The position numbers were made by a program, and so were the translations under genes. From the NCBI GenBank assembly GCA_051003195.1, contig JBPCLP010000039.1:1-64000 (forward strand): a DNA stretch of 64,000 bases, read 5' to 3'. Position 1 is the stretch's first letter. The number at the start of each line of letters is the position of its first letter. Under the pieces are notes generated by a model that saw only the letters and a list, made by a program, of their open reading frames with translations, made no database searches and was not told the DNA's origin. Shown here piece by piece: positions 7,856 to 18,479 of the stretch. This DNA comes from Candidatus Sumerlaeaceae bacterium. Its GTDB lineage: Bacteria; Sumerlaeota; Sumerlaeia; Sumerlaeales; Sumerlaeaceae.

Positions 7856-10405
7856 TTAGTAGTTCTGTATCTGCCAGATGTCATTCGCGTATTCGAGGAT
7901 AGTGCGATCGCTGGAGAACTTGCCCATCCGCGCGACGTTCAGAATCGCTTTGCGGGTCCATACGCTGGGCTGTTTATATTCCGTGCTGGCGCGGTCCTGC
8001 GTTGCGATGTAGCTCTCAAAGTCCGCCAGGTGGAAATAAGGGTCACCTCCGTGGAGGATATTGTTAAATATCCATCGGTACGCGCCGGGTTCTTTCGTGA
8101 ACAGTTGATCCGAGTTAAACACGTCCATCACCCGCTTGATGGCATCGTTCCGACGGTAGTAGTCCCAGGGGTTATACGAGTTCGTCTCTCGCATGCGCTG
8201 AATCTCGTCGGCCTTGAGGCCAAAGACGAACATATTATCTGCGCCGACCTCTTCCAGGATTTCAATGTTAGCGCCATCCAGAGTTCCGATCGTCAGCGCG
8301 CCGTTCATTGCAAACTTCATATTGCCGGTGCCTGAGGCTTCCTTGCCCGCTGTGGAGATCTGCTCGGATAAGTCAGCCGCTGGCATGATCCGCTCCGCCA
8401 GAGATACGCGGTAATCCGGAACAAAGACGACCTTTATCTGGTCCCTCGTCCTTTTGTCCGCATTGATAATTGCGGCCAGGTCATTGACCAGCCGGATAAT
8501 CTGCTTCGCCGCCCAATAGCCAGGCGCTGCCTTGCCGGCGAAGATGTAAGTGCGCGCCACGAGTGGCTCTTTACGATCTTCTGTAATTGCCAGGTACTCA
8601 TGCAGCACACGCATTGCCATCAATAGCTGGCGCTTGTATTCATGGATACGCTTGGCGATCACATCGAACATGGAGTTGGGGTCAACCACTACACCCGTCG
8701 TCTCCTTGATCGTCTGCGCGAGCCGCCTCTTATTCGCACGCTTTACGTCCATGAATTCTTTCTGGAACTCTTCGTCACCTGCGAAGGGCTCCAGCCCTCG
8801 CAACTGCTGCAAATCGCGAATCCAGCCGGTGCCAACCGCGCGCGTGAGAATATCCGCCAGTCCCGGATTCGCTTTCAGCACCCAGCGCCGCTGCGTCACG
8901 CCGTTAGTTTTATTGGAGAACTTCTCGGGACTGAACTCGTAAAAATCGGGAACCAGGTGCGTCTTGACCAGCTCGGAATGCAAGGCCGCCACCCCGTTGA
9001 CGGCATGACTTCCCACGATCGCCAGATTCGCCATGCGAACCTGCTGGTAGCCATGCCCCTCCTCTATGATCGACATGCGCGCGATGCGGCCATGGTCCTC
9101 CGGAAACCGGCGGCTCACCTGCTCCAGGAATCGCTTATTGATTTCCTGGATGATGCTGAGATGGCGCGGCAACACACGCTGCAGTAGATTGGCGGGCCAC
9201 TTCTCAAGCGCCTCGGGCATCAGCGTGTGATTGGTGTATCCAAGTGTCGCCTGCGTGATTTCCCACGCCTTTGCCCACGGCAAATTGCTTTCGTCGTGCA
9301 GCATGCGCATCAGCTCGGCGACGGCCAGGGCCGGATGCGTATCGTTTAACTGGATCGCAACTTTTGCCGGGAACTGTTCGAAACCGCTGTGCTTTTTCTG
9401 GTAGCGGCGAACGATGTCGCGGATGGCGCACGCGACGAAGAAATATTCCTGGATGAGGCGCAGCTCGCGGCCAGCTTCGATCGCGTCTGAGGGATAAAGC
9501 ACCTTCGAGATCGACTCGGATTTGATGCGTTCTTCGACTGCCTGGATATAATCCCCTTCATTGAATTTCTGCATGTCGAACTCGTTCGAAGCACGCGCCG
9601 TGTAGAGCCGCAGGTAATTGACGGTGCGCCCACCGTAACCGACAATCGGCATATCACTCGGCAGGCCGACCAGTCGCTTTGCGTCCACCCACGTCGGGCG
9701 CGGATTTCCGAAGCGGTCATGTCCATCAATCAATCGTCCAAAAATCGGAATCAGTACCTGCTCGTCGGAACGCTCGAGCAACCACGGGCTCGTATTCGTG
9801 CGCCAGCTATCCGGTTTTTCCTTCTGCTGGCCATCTTCGATCTCCTGCTTAAAGAGTCCATACTCGTAATTGATCCCGTATCCAAATCCGGGCATATCGA
9901 GCGAGGCCAGGCTGTCGAGGAAGCAGGCGGCAAGACGGCCGAGGCCGCCATTTCCGAGTGCCGCGTCCATTTCCTCTTCCCGCAACTCTTCGAGGTCGAA
10001 ACCGAGTTCGGTTACGATTTTAGAAGCCATATCGAAAATGCCGAGGTTGCACAGGTTGTTGCCGAGACTGCGCCCGACCAGGAATTCCATGGATAAGTAA
10101 TAGAGCCGCTTGGCGCCCGCTTTCTGGTAGCGCTTCTCCGTCTCCAGCATGCGGTCCACCATGAGATCGCGCACGGCGAGCGAGAGAGCAAGGTGCAGGT
10201 TTTTATCAGAGAGGTTGGTGCCCCATTCCTGTCCGACTGAATACTTCACGCGGTGCTCAAGCAGCTCGCGCAGTTCGTTTTCAGGCACCGGCTTTGGTGG
10301 TTCCGCGGCCTGTACGGGTCGAACGACCGCGCTGGAAACCGGCGCGTTTACCGGCTCCTCACTACCTTGGGGAACGAGGTCCAGCACATTTTCAGACGAA
10401 GACAT
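7856..10405 (-). CDS. glgP: Glycogen/starch phosphorylase (GT35)
   Basis: LGNGGLGRLAACFLDS, IQLNDTHP, KRIHEYKRQ and the PLP-lysine motif EASGTGNMKF. Confidence 0.97.
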   Translation of the reverse strand: MSSSENVLDLVPQGSEEPVNAPVSSAVVRPVQAAEPPKPVPENELRELLEHRVKYSVGQEWGTNLSDKNLHLALSLAVRDLMVDRMLETEKRYQKAGAKRLYYLSMEFLVGRSLGNNLCNLGIFDMASKIVTELGFDLEELREEEMDAALGNGGLGRLAACFLDSLASLDMPGFGYGINYEYGLFKQEIEDGQQKEKPDSWRTNTSPWLLERSDEQVLIPIFGRLIDGHDRFGNPRPTWVDAKRLVGLPSDMPIVGYGGRTVNYLRLYTARASNEFDMQKFNEGDYIQAVEERIKSESISKVLYPSDAIEAGRELRLIQEYFFVACAIRDIVRRYQKKHSGFEQFPAKVAIQLNDTHPALAVAELMRMLHDESNLPWAKAWEITQATLGYTNHTLMPEALEKWPANLLQRVLPRHLSIIQEINKRFLEQVSRRFPEDHGRIARMSIIEEGHGYQQVRMANLAIVGSHAVNGVAALHSELVKTHLVPDFYEFSPEKFSNKTNGVTQRRWVLKANPGLADILTRAVGTGWIRDLQQLRGLEPFAGDEEFQKEFMDVKRANKRRLAQTIKETTGVVVDPNSMFDVIAKRIHEYKRQLLMAMRVLHEYLAITEDRKEPLVARTYIFAGKAAPGYWAAKQIIRLVNDLAAIINADKRTRDQIKVVFVPDYRVSLAERIMPAADLSEQISTAGKEASGTGNMKFAMNGALTIGTLDGANIEILEEVGADNMFVFGLKADEIQRMRETNSYNPWDYYRRNDAIKRVMDVFNSDQLFTKEPGAYRWIFNNILHGGDPYFHLADFESYIATQDRASTEYKQPSVWTRKAILNVARMGKFSSDRTILEYANDIWQIQNY

Positions 10406-10639
10406 ATCGAGTGACCCGGAACTTTTCTAAACCGCTTTAAATAACCGACGAATCACACGCTGTATTCGTCAACCTTCAATCCTAACGCCAACCATAACAG
10501 GAGGATGTGAAGGGCGCGAGTACTGTAGCGGCTCTACGCACACCTTCAAGCTATTTCAACGCGGCTGAAGCTGATACTAAGTTTTTGCCGAACACGCTGC
10601 ACAAACTATGATCAGCCAGAAATCAGGAACCTCATAGGT

Positions 10640-11248
10640 TCAGGGCTGGACGTCAGCGGGCAATCTATCCAACGGCTCGGCTGATTTGCCCGCGTCCGCA
10701 TTCGGCAAAGGCTCCTCGCGTGCGACTGCGGCTACTGACGGAGCGTCCAGCTTTTTCGTGAACAGGCTCAGGTAGAGGAAAATGCCGATGCCGCAAACGA
10801 TGCCGCAGTCCGCGATATTAAACGTTGGCCAGTAGTATTCCTTGCCGTTTCGTACGAAGTAAAAATGGATAAAATCGATGACCGCCTGGTAGCGAAACCG
10901 ATCCAGAAGGTTGCCGATGGCGCCACCGAGCAGCATTCCGAAGGCCAGGTGTGCTGACGGAACGTTGCGCGGAAGCTTCAGGCCCCACCACAGGATAGCA
11001 GCGATCGCGAAGATCGAAAAAGTGGCGATTAACATTGGCCGGCCATCAAGGATCGAAAACGCGCCGCCCTGGTTTCGCGCCAGCAACAGATCAAATAGTC
11101 CGGGAATGACAGGCACCCGTCGCCAGCCCTCGGGTTGGAGGTGTCGCAACGCGAGAATCTTGGTATAAAAATCCGCTGCAAATACTACAACTGCGGCGAT
11201 CGCCAGGAGCATGCGCGAGGTAAGAATTCTATTTGCCTTCGAACTCAC
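10640..11248 (-). CDS. lspA: Lipoprotein signal peptidase II
   Basis: NQGGAFS, GAIGNLLDR, VIDFI, WPTFNIAD. Confidence 0.95.
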   Translation of the reverse strand: MSSKANRILTSRMLLAIAAVVVFAADFYTKILALRHLQPEGWRRVPVIPGLFDLLLARNQGGAFSILDGRPMLIATFSIFAIAAILWWGLKLPRNVPSAHLAFGMLLGGAIGNLLDRFRYQAVIDFIHFYFVRNGKEYYWPTFNIADCGIVCGIGIFLYLSLFTKKLDAPSVAAVAREEPLPNADAGKSAEPLDRLPADVQP

Positions 11249-11329
11249 AACGCGAACCCTACAGCAGGGCGACTGATAGATTTAGAATTGTTCCGTGGAT
11301 GTTACAATTGTCCACGCGCCGAGTGCCAG

Positions 11330-12421
11330 CTACGCTTTTCCAGCCTCCAGCAGCTTCAGGCAGCTGATGCAATATTTCGCATTGGGACGAGCGAACAGTC
11401 GCTCGACCGAAATGGCCTCGTTGCATCGCTGGCAAATACCGTAATCACCTGTGGCCAAGGCACGTAAGGCATCGTCAATCTGCCCCAGCTGTTCCGCTTC
11501 GATGCTGCGGATGCCCAGGTCGGTCTCCACCTGCATGTTCTCACTCGCGCTGTCAGCAAGCTGGAGCGAGAACCCAGGCTGCTGGTTTGCTCCCTCTTCG
11601 ACATTCGCTGTCAGCGAGCGATCGTCCAGGATGCGCATTTCTTCAATAATACGTTCGCGCTCGTGGTGGAGCATTTCCCGCAACTTCTTCACATCGGCTT
11701 CTTTGAGCTTCGGTTTTGCCCTTTTAACGGGTGGCGGCTGTGTCGAAGCAATATCTGCTGGCGCGGTGGGAGCACCCTTGCCTGACAGCAGCGCAGAGGC
11801 GGCTTTCCGCGATTCTGTGCTATCACGCCCAGCCGCCTGCCTCGATGAGCGTGCGGCTACAGGTGGTTCTTTGCTTATGGCTTTTGTTTTCTTCTGATCC
11901 ACTACATTCGATTTAGAGGGCATTAGCTTGGAACTCCGGTTAAGCGACTTGGAAGCGGCGGCCTTCGCCGACGCGGTCGCACGAGACGGAGCAGATTTCG
12001 GGCCGGATTTCAAAGCGGCTTTTTTTAACGTTTTTGACGACGCAGCTTTCGAACGGGCTGCCCTGGCTGTCGAATTGCTGCCCTTTTTGGCAATACCGCG
12101 CGCCGGAGTCCGTTGTTTTACTGTCGCAGGTTTAACGCTGCTCCTGCCCTTCGCGGCTGCTGGCTTTTTGGCAGGCGCCTTTTTTGGAGCCGCTGTTTTC
12201 CTGGGGGATGCTTTCTTTGGAACGGCTTTCTTCGCGGCGGGCTTCGTTTTCGCAGCCGCAGATTTTTTCCCCGCGGTCTTTTTCGCGAGTGAAAGCAGCT
12301 TCTTCACGGCTTTCACTTCAGCTTTTGCCATTTTAACAATTTTTGCCGCGGTCTTTTTAACTGCCTTCACCGCTTTTGCGGGGGCAGTCTTCTTTACCGG
12401 CTTGGCTGGTTTCTTGGCCAC
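11330..12421 (-). CDS. dksA: DksA/TraR C4 zinc-finger protein with about 230-aa Lys/Ala-rich N-terminal extension
   Basis: C-terminal coiled coil with LADSASE tip and YGICQRC...ERL...CISC. GTG start with GAGGAGG RBS lying inside the end of ileS. Confidence 0.85.
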   Translation of the reverse strand: MAKKPAKPVKKTAPAKAVKAVKKTAAKIVKMAKAEVKAVKKLLSLAKKTAGKKSAAAKTKPAAKKAVPKKASPRKTAAPKKAPAKKPAAAKGRSSVKPATVKQRTPARGIAKKGSNSTARAARSKAASSKTLKKAALKSGPKSAPSRATASAKAAASKSLNRSSKLMPSKSNVVDQKKTKAISKEPPVAARSSRQAAGRDSTESRKAASALLSGKGAPTAPADIASTQPPPVKRAKPKLKEADVKKLREMLHHERERIIEEMRILDDRSLTANVEEGANQQPGFSLQLADSASENMQVETDLGIRSIEAEQLGQIDDALRALATGDYGICQRCNEAISVERLFARPNAKYCISCLKLLEAGKA

Positions 12422-12422
12422 T

Positions 12423-15269
12423 TTAATAGTGCCTCCTCAGGACGTCGACACATCTTTCACATAACCCCGGATGCGATGCATCCTGCCCTACATCGGGCAA
12501 AATACGCCAGCATCTGCCGCACTTTGAGCCTTCGGCAGGGAGAACAGTGATATTTGCACGCTCCCCCTGCACAACACTGATGGCGTCGCCCGAAACTTGC
12601 GTCTGAGGTTCCACAACCAGTGCCTGCGACGTGATGAACAGTTCAGCCAGCTGGCCTTCCGCATCGCGAAGCAGTTGCTTCAAACTACTATCTGAAACCT
12701 CGACCAGCACCTTTGCTTCCAGCGACTGGCCGATTGCTTTTTTTACCTGCCGTGCATCTTCGAGAGCCCGCAACACATCGTCACGAACACTGAGCAGATT
12801 CACCCAACGTGCTGCCAGCTCAGGCTGCTGCCACTGGGCAGGAAGCGCGTTGAACGGAAGCAGGTGGATGCTGGCGGCATCTGTGTCAAGGTATAGGTAT
12901 GCCTCATCGCATGTGTAAACCAGAATGGGCGCAAGCAGGCGCAAAAGTGTATCTGCTACAGCGTATTGCGCAGTCTGTGCGGCGCGGCGTGCCGGGCTGT
13001 TCTGGCCCGAGCAGTACATGCGGTCCTTCGTGATGTCGAGGTACACAGAGCTGAGCTGTACCACGCAGAATTGTGTAGCCAGGTGGAAGATCCGATGAAA
13101 CTCGTAATCATCGTACGCCTTGAGTATGGTCGCATTTACTGTGTGGAGTTCATGAAGAATCCACCTGTCGATCTCAAGCAGTTGCTCGAACGGCACGGCG
13201 TCAGCTTCCGGATCAAAGTCCGCAACGTTTCCCAGCAGATATCGCAGAGTGTTGCGAATGCGCCGGTACGCCTCGGCGACACGTGTAAGAATCTCTTTGG
13301 AAAGTTTTACATCGGTTCGGTAATCCTCGCTCGCGACCCACAGGCGAAGCACGTCGGCGCCGTATTCCTTAATCACTTCCGCCGGGGCAATGACGTTGCC
13401 TTTACTTTTGCTCATGGCTTCGCCTTTGCCGTCGAGCACGAAGCCATGGGTGAGCACGGATTTGTAGGGCGCCTTGCCATGCGTGCCCATGCTGGTCAGC
13501 AGCGAAGTGTGGAACCAGCCCCGATGCTGGTCGCTGCCCTCCAGGTACAGATCTGCCGGCCAACGTAATTCCGGCCAGACACCGCGGTTAAGCACGGGCT
13601 CGTGACTGGAACCGCTATCGAACCATACGTCGAGAATGTTGGATTCCTTCTCGAACTCCGCCGCGCCGCACTCCGGGCATCTAAACGCATCCGGCAAAAA
13701 GGCGGTCACGTCATCTTCCCACCATGCGTCGCTACCTCGTTGCGCAACCACGGCCTGGAACTTTTCTATGATCGCAGGCGAAAGAGATGCTTTTCGGCAA
13801 CCCGTGCACACAACAGCGGGAATCGGCACTCCCCACACCCGCTGGCGCGAGAGACACCAGTCAGGCCGAGCCACCATCATATTATGGATACGATCACGGC
13901 CCCAGCTCGGGATCCACACTATGTTAGAATCGATCTCCTGCAGAGTCTTGTCGCGCAACTGTTCATGGTCCACGTTCATAAACCACTGCTCGGTGGCACG
14001 ATAAATAATGGGATTGTGGCAGCGCCAGCAATGCGGATAACTGTGGACGTAGGGTTCGTGTTTTACCAGGAGGTTCTTTTCATCGAGATAGCGGATGATC
14101 GGGGCGTTCGCTTCCCATACCGCCATTCCTTCCATCAGCGAGAACTCATTCGTGAACCGTCCGGCATGGTCGACCGGCACTATCGGCTCCATCCCGTACT
14201 TTTTACCGACGATGAAATCCTCCATACCGTGACCCGGCGCCGTGTGTACGGCGCCCGTGCCCGCCTCCAGCGTCACGTGATCCCCAAGGATCAGCCGGCT
14301 CTTGCGGTCCGGCTGAACCGGATGCTCCATCTCGAGATTTTCAAGATCGCGCGCGCGCAGCTCCTTCACGACTTCTGAGCGATCAATGCCCACTGCACCC
14401 TGGAAAGCGCCGACCAGTTCCTTTGCCAGGATATAATCCTCTTCCCCGCTTCCGTCGATCGCGGGCACCCGCAGTGCCACATACTCAAAATCCGGGTGCA
14501 GCGCCACGGCCATATTGGCGGGAAGCGTCCATGGGGTTGTCGTCCAGATAACTACACTGGGACGAAGCAAGTCCGCGGTGGCGGGGTTCTTTTCCGGCGC
14601 AATCACAGGAAATTTTACGTAAATGGAGGGTGACGTGTGGTCGGCGTACTCAACTTCAGCATCGGCGAGCGCGGTCTGGCAACTGGCGCACCAGAAAACC
14701 GGCTTAAGTCCCTTGTAAACATAACCACGGTCGACCAGCTGCTTGAGTGTCTCAAGCTCACCCACTTCGAACTGCGGATCTAAAGTCAAATACGGGCGGT
14801 CCCACTCGCCGCCGATTCCCAGCCGCTCGAATGCTTCGCCCTGTGCCTTGATCCACTTGCGCGCGTACTCCGCGCACAACTTGCGGATCTGCAGCGGCGT
14901 CATATCGGCCTTTTTACGTCCGAGTTCACTGCCGACCTTCTGCTCGATAGGCAAGCCGTGGCAGTCCCACCCGGGTACGTAGGGAGCGCGATAACCCGCC
15001 ATCGTGCGGTGCCGCACCAGGATGTCCTTCAACAGCTTGTTCAGCGCATGACCAAGATGAATCGGCCCGTTGGCATACGGGGGACCATCGTGCAGGATAA
15101 AATCGCCCCTGGGAGATTCCTTTTGGGCCAGCTGCTTTTGCAGGCCGGCCTTCTTCCAGCGTGCCAGAATTTCCGGCTCGCGCTGGTTCAGGTTCGCACG
15201 CATCGCAAACCCCGTCTGGGGCAGGCAGATGGTTGCCTTGTAATCCGTCCTGGTGGGCTCCGTAGTCAT
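12423..15269 (-). CDS. ileS: Isoleucine-tRNA ligase (type 1)
   Basis: HDGPPYANG, HLGH, GWDCHGLP, WTTTPWT, EGSDQHRGWF, AMSKS and a C-terminal CGRC/CERC zinc finger. Confidence 0.98.
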   Translation of the reverse strand: MTTEPTRTDYKATICLPQTGFAMRANLNQREPEILARWKKAGLQKQLAQKESPRGDFILHDGPPYANGPIHLGHALNKLLKDILVRHRTMAGYRAPYVPGWDCHGLPIEQKVGSELGRKKADMTPLQIRKLCAEYARKWIKAQGEAFERLGIGGEWDRPYLTLDPQFEVGELETLKQLVDRGYVYKGLKPVFWCASCQTALADAEVEYADHTSPSIYVKFPVIAPEKNPATADLLRPSVVIWTTTPWTLPANMAVALHPDFEYVALRVPAIDGSGEEDYILAKELVGAFQGAVGIDRSEVVKELRARDLENLEMEHPVQPDRKSRLILGDHVTLEAGTGAVHTAPGHGMEDFIVGKKYGMEPIVPVDHAGRFTNEFSLMEGMAVWEANAPIIRYLDEKNLLVKHEPYVHSYPHCWRCHNPIIYRATEQWFMNVDHEQLRDKTLQEIDSNIVWIPSWGRDRIHNMMVARPDWCLSRQRVWGVPIPAVVCTGCRKASLSPAIIEKFQAVVAQRGSDAWWEDDVTAFLPDAFRCPECGAAEFEKESNILDVWFDSGSSHEPVLNRGVWPELRWPADLYLEGSDQHRGWFHTSLLTSMGTHGKAPYKSVLTHGFVLDGKGEAMSKSKGNVIAPAEVIKEYGADVLRLWVASEDYRTDVKLSKEILTRVAEAYRRIRNTLRYLLGNVADFDPEADAVPFEQLLEIDRWILHELHTVNATILKAYDDYEFHRIFHLATQFCVVQLSSVYLDITKDRMYCSGQNSPARRAAQTAQYAVADTLLRLLAPILVYTCDEAYLYLDTDAASIHLLPFNALPAQWQQPELAARWVNLLSVRDDVLRALEDARQVKKAIGQSLEAKVLVEVSDSSLKQLLRDAEGQLAELFITSQALVVEPQTQVSGDAISVVQGERANITVLPAEGSKCGRCWRILPDVGQDASHPGLCERCVDVLRRHY

Positions 15270-15472
15270 TTGCGGGTTCTAAAGTTGGGCGCAACTACAA
15301 GCCTGCGAGAAAAATGTGCGCGGCTGCCTGTTCAGCAGGTCGACAATTGACTTGTAGCATTGTCCCCGTAGACGATAAGCAGCCGATGATGAATGCGTAT
15401 GTCTAACGAACTCAGCTCGCGGAGCGCGTTTTTGGATTCTGCGCCGTTCAATTTTATGCGGCTGAGTGGACT

Positions 15473-17461
15473 TTGCAGTTTGCACCACGCACGGAATCGC
15501 CTTTCGTGGTAGCGGAACCGCTGCCCTTTGTTTCCACGTACCTGGTATGGTTTCTCGCGTCGGCTGCCGTTGTGCCGCTCTTTCGACTCTGTGGCCTCCC
15601 TACTCCTGAAAGCTGGCTCGCGGCTCGCACCCTTGGAGTAGCTCTGCCTGCGCTCGCTGCGCTTCACATTGCACGCTGGATGCATACCTCGCTGGGTCCT
15701 GCCGTGGTTGCGACATGCATCATAGCGGCGGTTTTGAACATTTTGATGCTGTCGACGTGGCGGCGGTTGGTCAGTGATTTGCATCGGCCGCAGATACGTT
15801 CTTTTATCATTCGATCTGAAGTGCTCACTTTGGCCGGCACATTACTGCTCGTTGGGGTGTTTGGCGTCTATTATGGTCCGCATTCTCATGGTGAGCGGCC
15901 AATGGACCTTGGGCTGGTCAATGGGCTGATGCATTGCAGCCGCTTCCCGCCGGAGCATTTCTGGGCTGCCGGCAAAACTCTGCACTACTATTATTTCGGT
16001 TCGCTCATCGCGGCAGTGCTTGGGAAGCTGTCACGTGTCGACGGACATTTTGCGTATTTTCATTTCCTGGTCATCGTGTGGGTGCAGACAGCGATTGCCG
16101 GCTGGCTGTGCGCTCGTACATTAGGCGCCCGCAGGACCGGCATGTGGCTTGGGCCGATTTGTCTCATCCTGCTTGGAACTGCAGCCCCGCTGTACCAATG
16201 GCAGCAGGGCATATCGCCATTTTCCGGCGCTGCCCTGGTCAAGTCGCTGCGCGTGATTCCCGGCACGATCAACGAGGTGCCGCCCACCGCTTTCTGGGCG
16301 TCGGAGCTTCACGCACACGTCATGGCGCTGCCGTTCATGGCGACGCTAATGCTGTTCGTCGTGCATACGGTAAGAAGCCGCTGTTGGATTTCTGCAGCAA
16401 TGCTGGGTACTACTGCCGCGATGCTGCTGATGACCGATGCATGGCAGGTACCGGGCATTGCAGTTGCTGCGCTGCTGCTGGCGGCGGCCGTACTGCTATC
16501 CCAGCGCAGGAACGTGGGCTTCGCCATCATTGCACTGCCGGTTGCTGTAGTGCTGGCCCTTCTGTTTGCCTCGGCCATGTGGGTCGGGTACGAAGGTCCG
16601 GCCGTTCGGTTTAGATTTGTCGCGCAGACAACCACCAGGTGGCTGCACCTGCTTGTGCTGTTCGGGCCCGTTTGCGCGGTGGTAGCGTTTGCCTGGCTTG
16701 CCGGCGCACGCGCTCCTGGTCATGTCAGGCGAATCCCCATTGTTGCGGCGCTCCTTGTCGCAGCGGCACTCACGCTCCTCGTATGCGAGCTTGGTTACAT
16801 GGACATGGGGCTGCCTTCGCCGGCTGAACGGCAGAACACCGTGATGCGCCTGCACTGGACCGCGTACTTCCTGTTGGCGATGGCAGCTCCGGCGGCAGCG
16901 AGGAGATTCAGGCCCAATTTGGTAAGCGCACTTGCAGCTTCGACGATCCTGTTTTTCTCCTTAGTGAATCTCCTGCCGGCAGTTGGCTCATGGCGTGCAG
17001 CAGCAAAAAACCTCAGATGGACGACCGATGTGCGGCAAGGGCTGGATCCAAGCCACACAGGCATCGGGCAGATTGCCGAATACCTGGGAAAAAGCGTACC
17101 GACCGGTGCGGTGATCGCCGAAAGCGCCGGGCACCCGTATCGGGGGTTCGCGCTTGTATCGGCAATGTGCGGCCGACCGGCCGTATTCGGCGAGATCGAT
17201 AAGCTCAACAACCACGGCATTGCTGCGGCGGAAAGCGTTCAGCGGTTCAATGACCTTTCCACTTTATATGCGGACTCGCTTGCAGCCAGTGCGGTTGTTC
17301 GCAAATACAACATCGAGTACGTTGTGCTGGGACCCGCTGAGCGGCAGGCGTACGCAAAAATCGACACGCAGGGACTGCTCGCGCGTTATCGCTTTGTCGC
17401 AAAGCGAGGCCAGGTGACACTGCTCGCTACCACAGCAGACGAGACTTCTGCCAGTTACTAG
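15473..17461 (+). CDS. DUF2298-type (YYY) multi-pass membrane protein, GT-C-like glycosyltransferase
   Basis: GERPMD, WAAGKTLHYYYFG, TINEVP, LHAHVMALP, NTVMR. C-terminal periplasmic domain KYNIEYVVLGPAER. Confidence 0.8.
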   Translation: MQFAPRTESPFVVAEPLPFVSTYLVWFLASAAVVPLFRLCGLPTPESWLAARTLGVALPALAALHIARWMHTSLGPAVVATCIIAAVLNILMLSTWRRLVSDLHRPQIRSFIIRSEVLTLAGTLLLVGVFGVYYGPHSHGERPMDLGLVNGLMHCSRFPPEHFWAAGKTLHYYYFGSLIAAVLGKLSRVDGHFAYFHFLVIVWVQTAIAGWLCARTLGARRTGMWLGPICLILLGTAAPLYQWQQGISPFSGAALVKSLRVIPGTINEVPPTAFWASELHAHVMALPFMATLMLFVVHTVRSRCWISAAMLGTTAAMLLMTDAWQVPGIAVAALLLAAAVLLSQRRNVGFAIIALPVAVVLALLFASAMWVGYEGPAVRFRFVAQTTTRWLHLLVLFGPVCAVVAFAWLAGARAPGHVRRIPIVAALLVAAALTLLVCELGYMDMGLPSPAERQNTVMRLHWTAYFLLAMAAPAAARRFRPNLVSALAASTILFFSLVNLLPAVGSWRAAAKNLRWTTDVRQGLDPSHTGIGQIAEYLGKSVPTGAVIAESAGHPYRGFALVSAMCGRPAVFGEIDKLNNHGIAAAESVQRFNDLSTLYADSLAASAVVRKYNIEYVVLGPAERQAYAKIDTQGLLARYRFVAKRGQVTLLATTADETSASY

Positions 17462-17488
17462 TGTGCCGAATCGGAAGTTCATTACCAG
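17458..17488 (+). repeat. Intergenic repeat, copy 2 (one end only)
   Basis: CTAGTGTGCCGAATCGGAAGTTCATTACCAG is 29/31 identical to the reverse complement of 5600-5630; its TAG is the stop codon of the upstream CDS. Confidence 0.8.
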
Positions 17489-17578
17489 GCCCAGCCCGAT
17501 GGAACCGAGAGCCACAGCCACGGCGGAACATATCGAAGTGCCACCGAGCGTCGAGTTGGGACGGGCGGAAGTGGCATG

Positions 17579-17599
17579 CGCGCATCAAACAGATGCGCG
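17579..17599. terminator. Hairpin between convergent genes
   Basis: CGCGCATC-aaaca-GATGCGCG perfect 8-bp stem; no U tract. Confidence 0.3.
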
Positions 17600-17608
17600 A
17601 TGTGGGAA

Positions 17609-18310
17609 TCAAGTGGTTGGTACGGTGACTTCTTCCTCAATGCTTTGGAGGAATGCCTCGTAAACTGGCGCGTGTGTTTTCCAGTTGGAGCTGACGCGGT
17701 ATACGCCGCGATCCACGCGCTCGAACCACCCGTAGACATTGTTACGAAGGATACCGAGTGTCTTTGTCCCGGTACCATATTCTCTCAGCTTGCGGGGAGT
17801 GAGCGGTCCATGTCGGTCGAGCAGGGCAGCGATACGGATCGCATTTTCACGGTACGAGGTCATGAGTTTGGTTCGCGTGCTGCCGCCGACGTTGTGGTCT
17901 CCGGAGCGCGCTGCGATCTCCTGCAGCACGGCCGTGCGCTGCCGCTTCTGTTTTCGACGCGTGCTGGGCAGGGGATGAAAAACGATAACGACTTCTGTTT
18001 TTCGGCCACGGGTTTTGCAGAACAGCAGGCCGATCTCGAGGCGCCGGGCGAGCCGCTGAAACCCGCGCCATTTTTTGCTGCGGCCGCCACAGGGAGGACC
18101 AGGCACCGCGATATACACACTATCGGCCAGGCGCTGGCGGTCCACGGCCTGCACGAGCAGCTCGATTCCAAAACGGCACTTAAGCTCGATAACAATCAGC
18201 TCATCGTCTTTGCGTGCCGCGATGTCGCAATGGCTGACTTCGCCGCGTACCTCGTAACCGTTCGCGACGAGCCAGTCACGGATCGGCGCGTACAGATCCA
18301 CTTCACGCAT
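17609..18310 (-). CDS. DUF2161 family putative PD-(D/E)xK phosphodiesterase
   Basis: MREVDLY start, EVRGEV..CDI...IELK, NVGGS, MTSYRE, NNVYGWFERVDRGVY. Confidence 0.85.
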   Translation of the reverse strand: MREVDLYAPIRDWLVANGYEVRGEVSHCDIAARKDDELIVIELKCRFGIELLVQAVDRQRLADSVYIAVPGPPCGGRSKKWRGFQRLARRLEIGLLFCKTRGRKTEVVIVFHPLPSTRRKQKRQRTAVLQEIAARSGDHNVGGSTRTKLMTSYRENAIRIAALLDRHGPLTPRKLREYGTGTKTLGILRNNVYGWFERVDRGVYRVSSNWKTHAPVYEAFLQSIEEEVTVPTT

Positions 18311-18479
18311 GAGCGTGAGCTCCGAGGGTCGCAGCGTGCGTGATCGGAGCAGAAAAACGGATAGCATTTAACGCCAGGGCGGACTCACTATGGTAATTCA
18401 TTCGAGCAGCATGGCACATTGGTTCGGGTATGTCTATTCTCGCCTGCTCCGAATGGAATTTGCGCGTCGGCACAGCGCG

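Noticed and set aside
7529..8335. 268-aa plus-strand ORF
   Set aside because: Overlaps glgP antisense and the more plausible 101-aa membrane protein; no recognisable features.
15270..15472. T-box leader upstream of ileS
   Set aside because: No T-box bulge consensus or terminator seen; the region is short and shared with a divergent gene.
17576..18343. 255-aa plus-strand ORF
   Set aside because: Antisense to the well-supported DUF2161 gene.
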